A stretch of DNA of 64,000 bases from a virus. The notes under the pieces are model-generated. The model saw only the letters and a program-made list of their open reading frames with translations. It searched no databases and was not told the origin of the DNA. The position numbers and the translations under genes were made by a program. Below, one piece after another: positions 37,625 through 47,292 of this stretch (position 1 is its first letter; every line of letters starts with the position of its first letter). The stretch lies in IMG/VR virus record IMGVR_UViG_3300037149_000100; one strand, written 5' to 3'.

Positions 37625-37654
37625 ACCAGGGCTTGGAAACGAGCCCTGGTTTTT
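37625..37654 (+). terminator. intrinsic terminator
   Basis: accagggcttg-GAAA-cgagccctggt followed by a T run. Confidence 0.85.
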
Positions 37655-37692
37655 GTTGTGCGACTTTTTCTCCCTCCTGTAGAGGGGACTTT

Positions 37693-38541
37693 ATGCGAAT
37701 TATCTATTTTATCCTGGCTGTCATTCTGTTATGTGTGCTTTTTTCTTGTGGGACCAGCAAACTCCCACTCCCGCCTCTCAGCAGCCCCCCTACTGCCGCC
37801 TCAGATACCCTCAAGACAACCTCCGCCGCAGATGCCCAATCCCGTTCCCCCGAAGCGGTAGGGGCATATGCGGGTCAAACAGAAACCACCTCACAGATGG
37901 TTACTCAGGCGGTCAAGAAGTCTCGCCATTTGAAAGTAGCTGCTACTCCTAAACCCCTTCCCCTCCCATCTCCAAAAGAGGCCATGGACACATTGGAGGT
38001 GGAAACGGATACATCCGCTTGGATTGTCGGTCGGACTGGAATCATAACCGTGGTGATTGCCGAGCCTGATATCATCTGATCCGCCCTATAGTCCGGAGAA
38101 ATCGGTATTGGGGCAACTCTCGTCCCCGTCTCCGCATACTACCTCGTAGCCCTCGAAGGAGCCCTTCCAGGGCAGTTTGACATTGCTCCCGCACCAGGAC
38201 AGCAGGAAAAACAACACAGGGCTCCCAAGGGCTATCCAGCCACTTGGCGGTATGAGGTAACTCCCCTTCGAAAGGGTAAGGTAGACCTCCTTTTCACCCT
38301 GAAGGTTTTTGATGAAAATGCCACGGCTGGCACTGATATCGCAACCCGACCTCTCCATCTTGATGCCTCCTCGAAGTTCCCCTCCTCATTTTTCTTCAGT
38401 CTAAACCGCACTATCACCACTGGCCCAGGATGGGGAGCAGTATTAGGAGTTGTGGCCGCTCTAATCACAGCGTTGGCATATTCAACATGGTGGAGGAGTC
38501 AGCGTAAAAGTCGGAAAAAGCATATCGCTTTCAAGGACTAA
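37693..38541 (+). pseudogene. lipoprotein/C-terminal TM protein interrupted by two in-frame stops
   Basis: Lipobox LFSC; TGA 38077 and TAG 38089; frame continues about 150 codons to a TM segment, basic tail and TAA 38541. Confidence 0.65.
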
Positions 38542-38586
38542 AGTAGACTGGTTTAACACTACCGTCTTCTCTAGAAAGGGGAAAGA

Positions 38587-38814
38587 ATGGACACCGTGAA
38601 GCAATCCTGTCAGGTGCTGGATCGTATTCTACGCCAAGGCGGAATGATAGACGAGTCAGCCCTGCCCTATGAGGATGATTTGCTTATGTATAGGCTGACC
38701 CAACGGAAGTTCATCCAGCCTACCGCCACGTATGATAGCGGTGAGCGCATTTTTGCCATAACCGATCAGGGTATGGCAGAACTTAAGCGGCATAATACCC
38801 GCACTGGGAACTGA
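38587..38814 (+). CDS. small winged-helix-like protein
   Basis: L..R.FI......FAITDQG motif. Confidence 0.5.
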   Translation: MDTVKQSCQVLDRILRQGGMIDESALPYEDDLLMYRLTQRKFIQPTATYDSGERIFAITDQGMAELKRHNTRTGN

Positions 38815-38815
38815 C

Positions 38816-39130
38816 ATGTTCACTCCCGTTGATTACCGCATCCGCACTTATCAGTTGGCGTTGCGGGTCAATGGTTGGTTGTTCCCACAGGTATGGCTCG
38901 CCACCTACTCATTCGAGAATGTTTTGGAGCGAGCACCGGGTCTAGACAACATATACTTGGAATATACGCTGATGGTGGAAGATCCCACGTTTGGCAGATT
39001 TGAATTACCCAGTAATATGGTAGTAGAGTGGAAGACTGAAGGACGATGGTACCAGACTAAGCCACAGCTTGTGATAGATAGCCTGCTTAATGGAGGAGCA
39101 TACGATGACCGTAAAGCCCAAGAAGGTTGA
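38816..39130 (+). CDS. hypothetical protein
   Basis: Coupled ORF. Confidence 0.55.
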   Translation: MFTPVDYRIRTYQLALRVNGWLFPQVWLATYSFENVLERAPGLDNIYLEYTLMVEDPTFGRFELPSNMVVEWKTEGRWYQTKPQLVIDSLLNGGAYDDRKAQEG

Positions 39131-39284
39131 AGATATCGAAGATCAGATGGACACGGCGATTGGCCAGAAAGACCACAAAGAGGTTAAGAAGCATCGCCAT
39201 GGAATCAGCAAACATGCAGAGTCCAGCGTCAAACTGCGCCTCTCGGATGAAGTGGAGGAACCCCCAACCTGGAAATACGAGTAA
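39105..39284 (+). CDS. small charged protein
   Basis: GGAGGAG RBS. Confidence 0.5.
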   Translation: MTVKPKKVEDIEDQMDTAIGQKDHKEVKKHRHGISKHAESSVKLRLSDEVEEPPTWKYE

Positions 39285-39292
39285 TAAGTAAG

Positions 39293-41248
39293 GTGAGGGT
39301 CGGCGTGGACGAACAGTGTCCCCTAGTTACACCGTATACCGAGAATGAAGGCATCCCTCAGAAGATGCTGGAGTTGCTCTACCGTATTCGAAAGCATGAT
39401 CCGGAAGAGGGGCCGATACCAGTCCCCATTCCGGCTTGTTTTCGTGAAGTCTCACTGACTCAGCATAAGCCAGTTAAACTGAAGAACTTCCAGACCCAGA
39501 TGGTTGCTCATTTGATAAAGATGCACCGATTCATCAATGGCGATGGGGTGGGTCTGGGTAAGTCGATATCCGCAATTGCTGCATCGGCTTATCTGCATGA
39601 GAAGCATGGGTGTAAAATCCTGGTTATGGGCACCAAGTCCACCACTTATCAGTGGAAGACGGAGGGGTTTGACGAATTCACTACCCTACGGACTCATGTG
39701 GTTACTGACACATACAACAAGCTGAAAGGCAGCCCAGCAAGACTTGCCCAAATTCGAGATTTCTTGGAAAATGACTTGTGCGATGTCCTGATTTGTAAAT
39801 ACACCTCCCTGGTGGGCAGGACTAAACCCCTAGAAGGTGAGTTTGATGAGAATGGCTACCCCATAGAGAAGGGACAACGCGAGGAAATAAGCCCAGAGGT
39901 GCAGGAGCTTTTAAACATCGTTCAGCCCCATGGGGAAAATTTGATACTGATTTGTGATGAGGCTCAGAAATTCAAGGCCACTACGACCCAGATTCGCAGA
40001 ATGATTCTTCAGTTACAAACCAGGGTGGGTAGGGTTTGGGCAATGACTGCTACGGTCATTCAGAATAGCTTGGATGAATTTTACAGTATTGCCAGTGCGA
40101 TTGGGATCCGACCTTTTGGGGGAATGTCCAAATTCAGAGATCATTTCTGCAAATATCAAATGACTTACATTGGTAATGGGAGGCAGAAGCCCTCTCTGGT
40201 GGGTTACCGCAATCTCAAAGAGTTCAAGATAGGGATGAGACCGTTCTATTTGGGGCGGTCTCAGGCTCAGGTAAAGGAACCACTCCCTAAGTTGACCACC
40301 CTTTACCACCCCATTGACCTGGATGCAAGACAGATTAAGATGTTTGAAGATATTAAAAGCGGGAAGCTAATACTCCCTCCCTCTGTTCATAAGGTAGCTG
40401 GGGAAATGGTTGAAAAGGACCGGGACCCCAGTAGCATGATGACTCAACTCTCTGTTCTCCAATTGATATCAAACCATCCTTGCCTGATTGATCCCTCTGA
40501 TAAAAAGGCGTTTTTCACTAAATCCCTCAGTCCAAAAGAAGATGCGTTGCTGGAACTCTTGGATGGAGAGCTAGCTGGAGAGAAGGTCTTAATCTTCACT
40601 AAATCGCGTAAATGGATTGACCGATTTGAGTATCTCTGTAAGAACGGCCACTTCACTGATCGTAAATTCTTACGAATCACTGGGGCCGAAGATGAGAAAC
40701 AACGAGACATTAATAAACGACTCTTTCAAACCAACCCCGATTATGACATGATGTTCATCAATACTGCTATCATGGAGGGGGCAAATCTTCAACAAGCCGC
40801 GCACATGATACTCTTGGATGTTCCATTCGGGTTTGGTGCGTTAATTCAACTAGTGGGGCGAATGCTCAGAATGTCCAGCCCTCACTCGGCTTGCACCCTC
40901 CACATTACCCTCGCAAAGGGCACGATTGATGAGTATACGATTGATGTGCTACGGGGTAAAAAAGGTGTATTTGAAGTCATTCTTGGAGAGTCCCATTCGG
41001 CGGGACTTCTGGACTCGGGGAACGATTTGGACCTATCGAGTGGGATGGAGACGTTGAACGACGATAAGGAGTTCAGAGAGCTTCTGACCGCTCATGTGAG
41101 AAAGTCGAAAATGGGGGATTTCCTAAACGGGAAGCTGATTGCCGCTGCCGCCAGTGAGGGCGAAGATTATGTGATGAGCTTCGAAAAAGATCCCAAAGAG
41201 AGTATTAAGAACAAGAAGAAATCATTCGAGTTTTCTGAGAAATGGTGA
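39293..41248 (+). CDS. SNF2-family SF2 helicase/ATPase
   Basis: GDGVGLGKS, CDEAQK, TAT..QN, EGANLQ, QLVGRMLR. Confidence 0.9.
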   Translation: MRVGVDEQCPLVTPYTENEGIPQKMLELLYRIRKHDPEEGPIPVPIPACFREVSLTQHKPVKLKNFQTQMVAHLIKMHRFINGDGVGLGKSISAIAASAYLHEKHGCKILVMGTKSTTYQWKTEGFDEFTTLRTHVVTDTYNKLKGSPARLAQIRDFLENDLCDVLICKYTSLVGRTKPLEGEFDENGYPIEKGQREEISPEVQELLNIVQPHGENLILICDEAQKFKATTTQIRRMILQLQTRVGRVWAMTATVIQNSLDEFYSIASAIGIRPFGGMSKFRDHFCKYQMTYIGNGRQKPSLVGYRNLKEFKIGMRPFYLGRSQAQVKEPLPKLTTLYHPIDLDARQIKMFEDIKSGKLILPPSVHKVAGEMVEKDRDPSSMMTQLSVLQLISNHPCLIDPSDKKAFFTKSLSPKEDALLELLDGELAGEKVLIFTKSRKWIDRFEYLCKNGHFTDRKFLRITGAEDEKQRDINKRLFQTNPDYDMMFINTAIMEGANLQQAAHMILLDVPFGFGALIQLVGRMLRMSSPHSACTLHITLAKGTIDEYTIDVLRGKKGVFEVILGESHSAGLLDSGNDLDLSSGMETLNDDKEFRELLTAHVRKSKMGDFLNGKLIAAAASEGEDYVMSFEKDPKESIKNKKKSFEFSEKW

Positions 41249-41251
41249 TAA

Positions 41252-42058
41252 ATGGAACCAAATAACGCTCCTAAATGCCCTCGCTGTGAGGGCGGGGGGC
41301 TCTTAAGGCGAGCCAATGGGATGTATGGGAAGTGTAGCTGTTTCTATACAAGGCAATTGGCAGCCCACCTAGGCCCCCTGACTTCTTTTCCTGAGATAAG
41401 CGGCCCATCTAAGCTCTCCCCATTTTTACTCAAGCGAAGAGGTAACGGCCTCATAGAGGTGGACTCCTTGGATGGAAGTATGCAGGCGTTCTCGGCTCAT
41501 TTGCGAAAGTCCCTCACAGAGGAGTTCTACGATGCGGTAGACAAGGGTCGCCTACCTATTACGTGGAGAGAAACCACGATGGTGGAAGTGACCGATATCC
41601 GATTTGGTAAGGCCACCTATGCGGAGAAACATGCACTCCTAACAGCCCCCCAGCTTCTCATTATTCGTGCCGCTTTCTGGCCCCCCTACCCTCAGCATTA
41701 TGACAATGTGCGAATGCTGATTGGGGATCGAATGAGTAAGACAAACCTTACGTGGCTGATAAACCCCAATTTTGCTAAGATGAAAGATGACAAAGCCATC
41801 CCCGCATCATTCAAAGAGCTTATCAAGGACATCATGAACTTGGATCGATACGTTCACATAACCAGGGAAGAGTCAAAGGGGGAGAGTGCGGCAAAAGTGA
41901 AGAAAACATCTGAAATGAATATTCACCAGGGATTCGGTGTAGCGGGTATTAATCAAAAGATGCTGACCGATGCAAATGATTCGGTTCAGGTTCGAATCGC
42001 AGGAATGGAGAAAACCGTTGAGCAGTATGACCGTAACCGCAGTGATGGTCAGTCTTAA
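41252..42058 (+). CDS. Zn-finger protein with degenerate DnaC/helicase-loader-like fold
   Basis: CPRCEG..CSC N-terminus; LLII and TWLIN strands; no Walker A Lys. Confidence 0.4.
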   Translation: MEPNNAPKCPRCEGGGLLRRANGMYGKCSCFYTRQLAAHLGPLTSFPEISGPSKLSPFLLKRRGNGLIEVDSLDGSMQAFSAHLRKSLTEEFYDAVDKGRLPITWRETTMVEVTDIRFGKATYAEKHALLTAPQLLIIRAAFWPPYPQHYDNVRMLIGDRMSKTNLTWLINPNFAKMKDDKAIPASFKELIKDIMNLDRYVHITREESKGESAAKVKKTSEMNIHQGFGVAGINQKMLTDANDSVQVRIAGMEKTVEQYDRNRSDGQS

Positions 42059-42359
42059 GGTCGGAGATATGGACTATGGACGAGGGTCTGAACGTTTTGT
42101 TTCGCTACGTGGAGAGGTCCCTGAAGGTGAAGAGGGCATCCCAATCGACAACTACGATGATATCCTAACCAAAGTCCTGGATCTCCAATTAGAGGCTTGG
42201 GAAGCGGTGCAGGGCAGTAGGTATGTGGGAGGAGTCGTGAAGGCCCCACTGTTCAAAGAACTGATCGCCACGGCCCGAAAACGCACAAAACAAATGAAGC
42301 AATTTTTGATCGAGAGAGGCGAAGTAGATGCTACCGATATTGAATCAACTGAAAGCTGA
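42018..42359 (+). CDS. hypothetical protein
   Basis: GGAG RBS before TTG 42018. Confidence 0.5.
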   Translation: MSSMTVTAVMVSLKVGDMDYGRGSERFVSLRGEVPEGEEGIPIDNYDDILTKVLDLQLEAWEAVQGSRYVGGVVKAPLFKELIATARKRTKQMKQFLIERGEVDATDIESTES

Positions 42360-43749
42360 GACCGTTCTGGAAGATACGGGCCTTCTGGAGAAGGTGGAGA
42401 AGCTCCGTGCAACCTTCATCTACAAATCATCTGAGGAGGCTTACTCCTTCGATGACTACTACCTGAAGCTGTTGAAAGAGGCGGATGGGGTGGAGCAGAT
42501 TACCCTACTATCCAGTGTGGCTCCGGGGACCGCTCAATCCTATCTGGTGCAACTCACTCAGTCGCTCCAATTGGTGACCGACAAGATTGAATCCATTCAT
42601 TCCCGATCCCTTTTCTTCCTGGGTAAGGTCCGTGCGGCTATTCATAACAAGGACAGCCTGGAAGCTGCCTTTACCGTGTGGTACCAGATCGCCATCGCTG
42701 ACATTCTTAAATCCCACGATCTCAAGTTCACCGCTTCGGTATGTAAGGCGTTGGCTGAGTCGGAGTTCACCCGCCTAATTGGCGAAGAGGTGGTCCTGGA
42801 GGGAATGGAGGAAGCGATTGGTATGCTCATTGAGCATCTGAAAAGTTCCAAGAAGCTGGCCATGGAGAAGTACAAGCTGGGCACCGAACAGGCCAACGCT
42901 TCACTCCTACATATGCCAGCCAGCCAGGGGCTGATGGAGAATGAAAACCCGTTCCCTCTGCTTAAGCAACGCTATGGCTCCCTCACAGCCGAACCCCAGA
43001 AACCTCAATATGACGATGAGGAGCCTGAGAGTGGACTGCCCGCAGAAGATGATGACCCCAACTATGTTGAAAGACGGGAGTTCGCGGGTCATGCCTTGAG
43101 TGACAAGATAGTCAAGATGGTCCAGGGAACTGTGGAGCAGGCAGAAGTTGGGGTAGTATCAGCGGCTGAGTTGGAACTAGCAGCTCAAAAATGGCGTGGG
43201 GAACAACTTAATGCCGTTCAAGAGGCTGAAGATGTGGCCCTTTTGCAGATGCTAACCTCTAAGAAGTTGGTAATTCTAGATACACAAGAGGCTGAAAACG
43301 AAGTAATAGAGGAAGTAGTGCTTGATCACCAGCTCACCTCTATGGAAGACTTGATCTCTCAGCTTCCGGACACTGGGTTTTATTATGGGGATCATCAGAT
43401 CGCAGAAGATGTGGCTGCTCACCCTGAAAATTGGACACCATTAGTGGTGAAGCGAGACCTTCCATCAGAAATTATCCATGATCCCTTTGTTGGGGATGTA
43501 AAGGTGGTAAGCGGAGAGAACGGCCCTGAGCTTGTCAAAGAAAAGGGTGAAAAGGAAATTCAATCCAAGCCGAAGAGCAAGCCAAAGTATGACGATGAAG
43601 ATGATGAGGATGGCATCTCTGTGCCTTCTTCAACCCCGGAGCCCCCCGCCCCGAAATCAGAGTCAGAACCAGTAACACCAGCAGTATCAACGGAAGTTCA
43701 ACCGGTCAAAAAAGATCGAAGAAAGATCACTTTTGACGACTCATTCTGA
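42328..43749 (+). CDS. helical protein with long acidic tail, in recombination cluster
   Basis: Long ORF; ends KITFDDSF. Confidence 0.6.
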   Translation: MLPILNQLKAETVLEDTGLLEKVEKLRATFIYKSSEEAYSFDDYYLKLLKEADGVEQITLLSSVAPGTAQSYLVQLTQSLQLVTDKIESIHSRSLFFLGKVRAAIHNKDSLEAAFTVWYQIAIADILKSHDLKFTASVCKALAESEFTRLIGEEVVLEGMEEAIGMLIEHLKSSKKLAMEKYKLGTEQANASLLHMPASQGLMENENPFPLLKQRYGSLTAEPQKPQYDDEEPESGLPAEDDDPNYVERREFAGHALSDKIVKMVQGTVEQAEVGVVSAAELELAAQKWRGEQLNAVQEAEDVALLQMLTSKKLVILDTQEAENEVIEEVVLDHQLTSMEDLISQLPDTGFYYGDHQIAEDVAAHPENWTPLVVKRDLPSEIIHDPFVGDVKVVSGENGPELVKEKGEKEIQSKPKSKPKYDDEDDEDGISVPSSTPEPPAPKSESEPVTPAVSTEVQPVKKDRRKITFDDSF

Positions 43750-43778
43750 GTATCAATTTAGGTAGCAAGGAGCATCAT

Positions 43779-44591
43779 ATGGCGAACAAGCCAAAGTTTG
43801 ACGAAGACGAAGAGCTAGACCTCAAGCCCGGTCAGAAAGCCCCCAAAGGCTCTGCGGCTGGACCCGCTGGAACCAAGAGAGCCACACTGGAGAATGAGGA
43901 AGACCTCGATTGTGACTGGGGTGATACGGAACTGATGAAGAAGAAGGACCCAATGCCACGGGTCAGGCCAGAAAAGGGCAAGGCGGTTCGCTTCGCCATC
44001 CTCCCCTTCATCAAGCCCAAGAAGGGTTTCAACCACTACATCGACAAGAAGGGCACTTATCGCTGCCTCTCCACTGAGGATAGCGAAGGCATTTGCTGCA
44101 CCTCCGGGCTGGCTGGCAACGCCAACCTCGCCATCGTTGCACTAGTCGTGAAATACACCAACTGCGACCCCAAGACCGGCAAATACGGTCTGGACCGGGA
44201 CGGTCGGAAGATCGTGGACACTGAGTGGGAGTTGGGCCATGTTAGTCTCAGCCGCACCAACTACACCGCTATTAACCGTATGATGGAAGACGAAGATGGT
44301 GCCACTGGCACCCCTGAGACGGTCTATGACTTTGACATCATTATGACTCATAACGAGGCCACTGGCATTGGTTACACCCTCACCCGTGCATCCCGCACTC
44401 CCCGTTACCGCAAGGATCCAGAGATGGTTAAGGCTATCGAAGCAGAGGCCACTGAGAAGGGGCTCCTGGACGGCAAGTTGCTCACCGGACGGCTTGGCCG
44501 CAAGATCAACGCTATCGAGTGGAAGGCCCTGCTCTCCGGCCTCACCGGAGCCAATGATGATGATGATGCTTCGGACAATAGTGACCTGTAA
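43779..44591 (+). CDS. single-stranded DNA-binding protein (gp32-like)
   Basis: VRFAILP, HY..C..CC, acidic tail; strong RBS, followed by terminator; next to recA. Confidence 0.65.
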   Translation: MANKPKFDEDEELDLKPGQKAPKGSAAGPAGTKRATLENEEDLDCDWGDTELMKKKDPMPRVRPEKGKAVRFAILPFIKPKKGFNHYIDKKGTYRCLSTEDSEGICCTSGLAGNANLAIVALVVKYTNCDPKTGKYGLDRDGRKIVDTEWELGHVSLSRTNYTAINRMMEDEDGATGTPETVYDFDIIMTHNEATGIGYTLTRASRTPRYRKDPEMVKAIEAEATEKGLLDGKLLTGRLGRKINAIEWKALLSGLTGANDDDDASDNSDL

Positions 44592-44612
44592 GTAGCCCAA
44601 GAACTTGACACT

Positions 44613-44639
44613 CGGGGAGCCCCAGGGCTCCCCGTTTTT
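44613..44639 (+). terminator. intrinsic terminator
   Basis: cggggagcc-ccag-ggctccccg-ttttt. Confidence 0.85.
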
Positions 44640-44675
44640 GCCTCCCTATGGGGGAGTAGATGGAAAAGAGAAGTA

Positions 44676-45500
44676 GTGGCCCCACGTAAGCCGAAGAAAA
44701 CGTTCGCTGAAAAAATAACCTTCCCCTCCAAGGAGCCGGAGATAACACATTGGATGGTGCTGGGGCTGGACCCATCCTTGAGCCGCACTGGCTATGCACT
44801 TAGCCTGGATGGGCAGTGGATTGAAATCGGGTCACTGAAACCTGATGATTCATCCCTTCCGATTTGGGTTAGATCAAAAATGATCGCCGGAACAATAACT
44901 GAGCGACTTTATGAAGCTATCCAACCCACCCTCAAGCAGGCTCCCAAGGAGCTTGAATCTGGGGGTTATGGGTATGGGTTGTTGGTGTGCATGGAGGTTC
45001 CAACCCCTAGAAATGACTTCCTTAATATCGTCTCAAAGGCCATTCATGCCGATCTTCTCCCTCGACTTCCTTCCCTGTTTTCCTCTGTTCACGTTCTCCA
45101 AATTAATGCAGCTACGATGAGATCCAATATGGGGCTCACAGCAACCGGAGATAACAAGTGGGAGAATGTTCGCAAGAGTCAAGAGTTCGCGGACTCCAAG
45201 GTATACCCAGGCATCGATTCGGATTCATGTGATGCAATCCTATTCTCGAAATATGGTCATATGATAGCTGACCTCCTCTCTCCAGAGATGTTGGTAGGTG
45301 AGTCCCCAATGCTGCTAAGCCTCTGTGATAACACCCCAGTAGTGAAGGGTAAGGGTAAGAGAGCCAAAATCGTGACCAAGGGGATCCTCCATAATCCTGC
45401 ATATTGGTACACCTACACCCCAACCGAATACAGTATTAGCTTAAAAGACGCGACCGTTCCTCCGAAGAAGCGGCTGCAAAAAATCATCATAACCTTCTAA
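44676..45500 (+). CDS. RuvC-like Holliday junction resolvase
   Basis: LGLDPSLSRTGYA, CMEVP, DSCDA. Confidence 0.8.
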   Translation: MAPRKPKKTFAEKITFPSKEPEITHWMVLGLDPSLSRTGYALSLDGQWIEIGSLKPDDSSLPIWVRSKMIAGTITERLYEAIQPTLKQAPKELESGGYGYGLLVCMEVPTPRNDFLNIVSKAIHADLLPRLPSLFSSVHVLQINAATMRSNMGLTATGDNKWENVRKSQEFADSKVYPGIDSDSCDAILFSKYGHMIADLLSPEMLVGESPMLLSLCDNTPVVKGKGKRAKIVTKGILHNPAYWYTYTPTEYSISLKDATVPPKKRLQKIIITF

Positions 45501-45508
45501 GGAGCAAT

Positions 45509-46753
45509 ATGGCTGTTAAGCGTATTAAACACAACAAAGAGGCAGGGGATTTCCCTGACCTTAAATCCGCATTTCTGGAAGCCCTGGAAGGTTTTGGAGA
45601 AGACCCCACAATCCAGAAGATGGAGGTGCAGGAAACGTTTGTCCCAATGGGGTCTATCATCCTGGACCACGTGCTTCAGTTGAAGGGCATCCCCGGTGGA
45701 GGTCGAGTCATCCAGATTCATGGTAAGGAGCATGGAGGTAAGTCCACTCTGTGTTATAATATCGTCAAGTCCTACCAACGTCTGACTGGAAAGGCGGCGG
45801 CAATTTTTGATTTTGAAGGGACCAGCACTCCTGAGTATTTCAAGTCTAACGGGGTCAACACTGATCGTGATGCTCTAGTCGTCTTCAAGAACAACTCTGT
45901 TGAGGCTGCGGTTCAGAAGTCAATCGTATTGATGAAGGCTGGAGTTAAAGTGTTCATCTATGACTCTGTTCCCCGCATGAAGTCCATGGTCGATGAGAAG
46001 GAGATCATGAACGGTAAGGCTTTTAAGAACACTGTTGGTCAACATGCAAAAACCATGAACATGTTCTTTGACCTCCTCCTCCCTTATGCCCAACACTACG
46101 ACTGCGTTCTGATTATGGTGAACCAGATTCGGGCCAGGATTGACGGGAGTCGAGAGGGTCAGTCGGCTGCGAAGTACTCCACCATCACCAATCTCAACTA
46201 CATCCTCCCTGGCGGGTATGCAATGCGCTTCATTCCCAGTCTGACTATCGAAGTCAATGTGGCTAAGGCCCTTCGTGCGGGTGGGGGTGAGTCCGATTGG
46301 GACATTGAACCCGGTGAGAACAAAGGTAATCATTATGTTGCAACTCGCATTGCCGTTCGTGTCCTGAAAAACAAGGTCACGATGGGTGGATACAGGGCTG
46401 GTGAACTCTACCTACGTTCTGGTCTTGGGTTGGATGACAACATTAGTATCCGAGAGCTAGCCTTCCGCTATAAGCTGATTGCTTACGTGGGGAAGAAGTG
46501 GATAGTGGGATTGGAATCTGATCCTATCGCCGTCTATGATTCCAAGGATTCGGCAATTCGGGATATGGTGATAGAGCAAAACCCTGTAGTCCTCAGCAAA
46601 CTACGAGAATTAGTTGTGACGGCTATCGAGAGCGATGAAGGTGGGTTCCTGATTCAGCCTTCGGAAGAGGATCTGGCTTCTTCTGATGAGGATTTCTATC
46701 AGAAAATCACCACTAAGGTTGCATTTGATGATGATGAGCAGGATCTGTCATGA
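45509..46753 (+). CDS. recA: RecA/UvsX recombinase
   Basis: GKEHGGKST, DFE, YDSV, NQIR, PGG.AMRF, KNKV. Confidence 0.92.
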   Translation: MAVKRIKHNKEAGDFPDLKSAFLEALEGFGEDPTIQKMEVQETFVPMGSIILDHVLQLKGIPGGGRVIQIHGKEHGGKSTLCYNIVKSYQRLTGKAAAIFDFEGTSTPEYFKSNGVNTDRDALVVFKNNSVEAAVQKSIVLMKAGVKVFIYDSVPRMKSMVDEKEIMNGKAFKNTVGQHAKTMNMFFDLLLPYAQHYDCVLIMVNQIRARIDGSREGQSAAKYSTITNLNYILPGGYAMRFIPSLTIEVNVAKALRAGGGESDWDIEPGENKGNHYVATRIAVRVLKNKVTMGGYRAGELYLRSGLGLDDNISIRELAFRYKLIAYVGKKWIVGLESDPIAVYDSKDSAIRDMVIEQNPVVLSKLRELVVTAIESDEGGFLIQPSEEDLASSDEDFYQKITTKVAFDDDEQDLS

Positions 46754-47292
46754 TCATCGACTCCAACAACCTCATTCTCAAAGCCTTTTGGTTCCTAGCC
46801 CTCCTGGGCTCTACCCTATTCATGGCCACACACCTTTCCTACAGCCCCAGTGCCCTTCATTATGGATTGTGGGCTGGCGGGATTGTCTTGGGTGGCTACC
46901 TGACAGGGCTTCTGGGTGTCCTGACTTACACCGTGGCTCATTCCGGAGGGGTCGATCAGGCCCTTCGAGAAATGGATACGCTGGAAAAGTTTGTGGATGC
47001 GTTGGCTGAACCCTTCCCATGGGCCGATAAGGCTTTTTGGTTCACCGGGCTCTACCTCACCTCCCTCCTTTGGGACTGGCCACTTCTACACGGGGCTCTG
47101 CTGTGTGTCTCTGCTTCACTCCTAGCCACTACCGTTATCTGCATCATTCGCAATTTTCATCTCATCAGAGCCTTCCTTCGTCTCACGATAAAAGAAGTGA
47201 TGATTGAAAGTGCGATCAGGGATTTAGTCTCCCATATCTGGTCTTCTAAAGCGGGCAAGGAATGCGATAAAGAGGGCGAAGAGGAATCATGA
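46750..47292 (+). CDS. multi-pass membrane protein
   Basis: About four hydrophobic segments. Confidence 0.65.
   Translation: MIIDSNNLILKAFWFLALLGSTLFMATHLSYSPSALHYGLWAGGIVLGGYLTGLLGVLTYTVAHSGGVDQALREMDTLEKFVDALAEPFPWADKAFWFTGLYLTSLLWDWPLLHGALLCVSASLLATTVICIIRNFHLIRAFLRLTIKEVMIESAIRDLVSHIWSSKAGKECDKEGEEES

Noticed and set aside
44605-44650. Sigma70 promoter at TTGACA 44605
   Set aside because: No -10 hexamer at 16-19 nt; the region is a terminator stem
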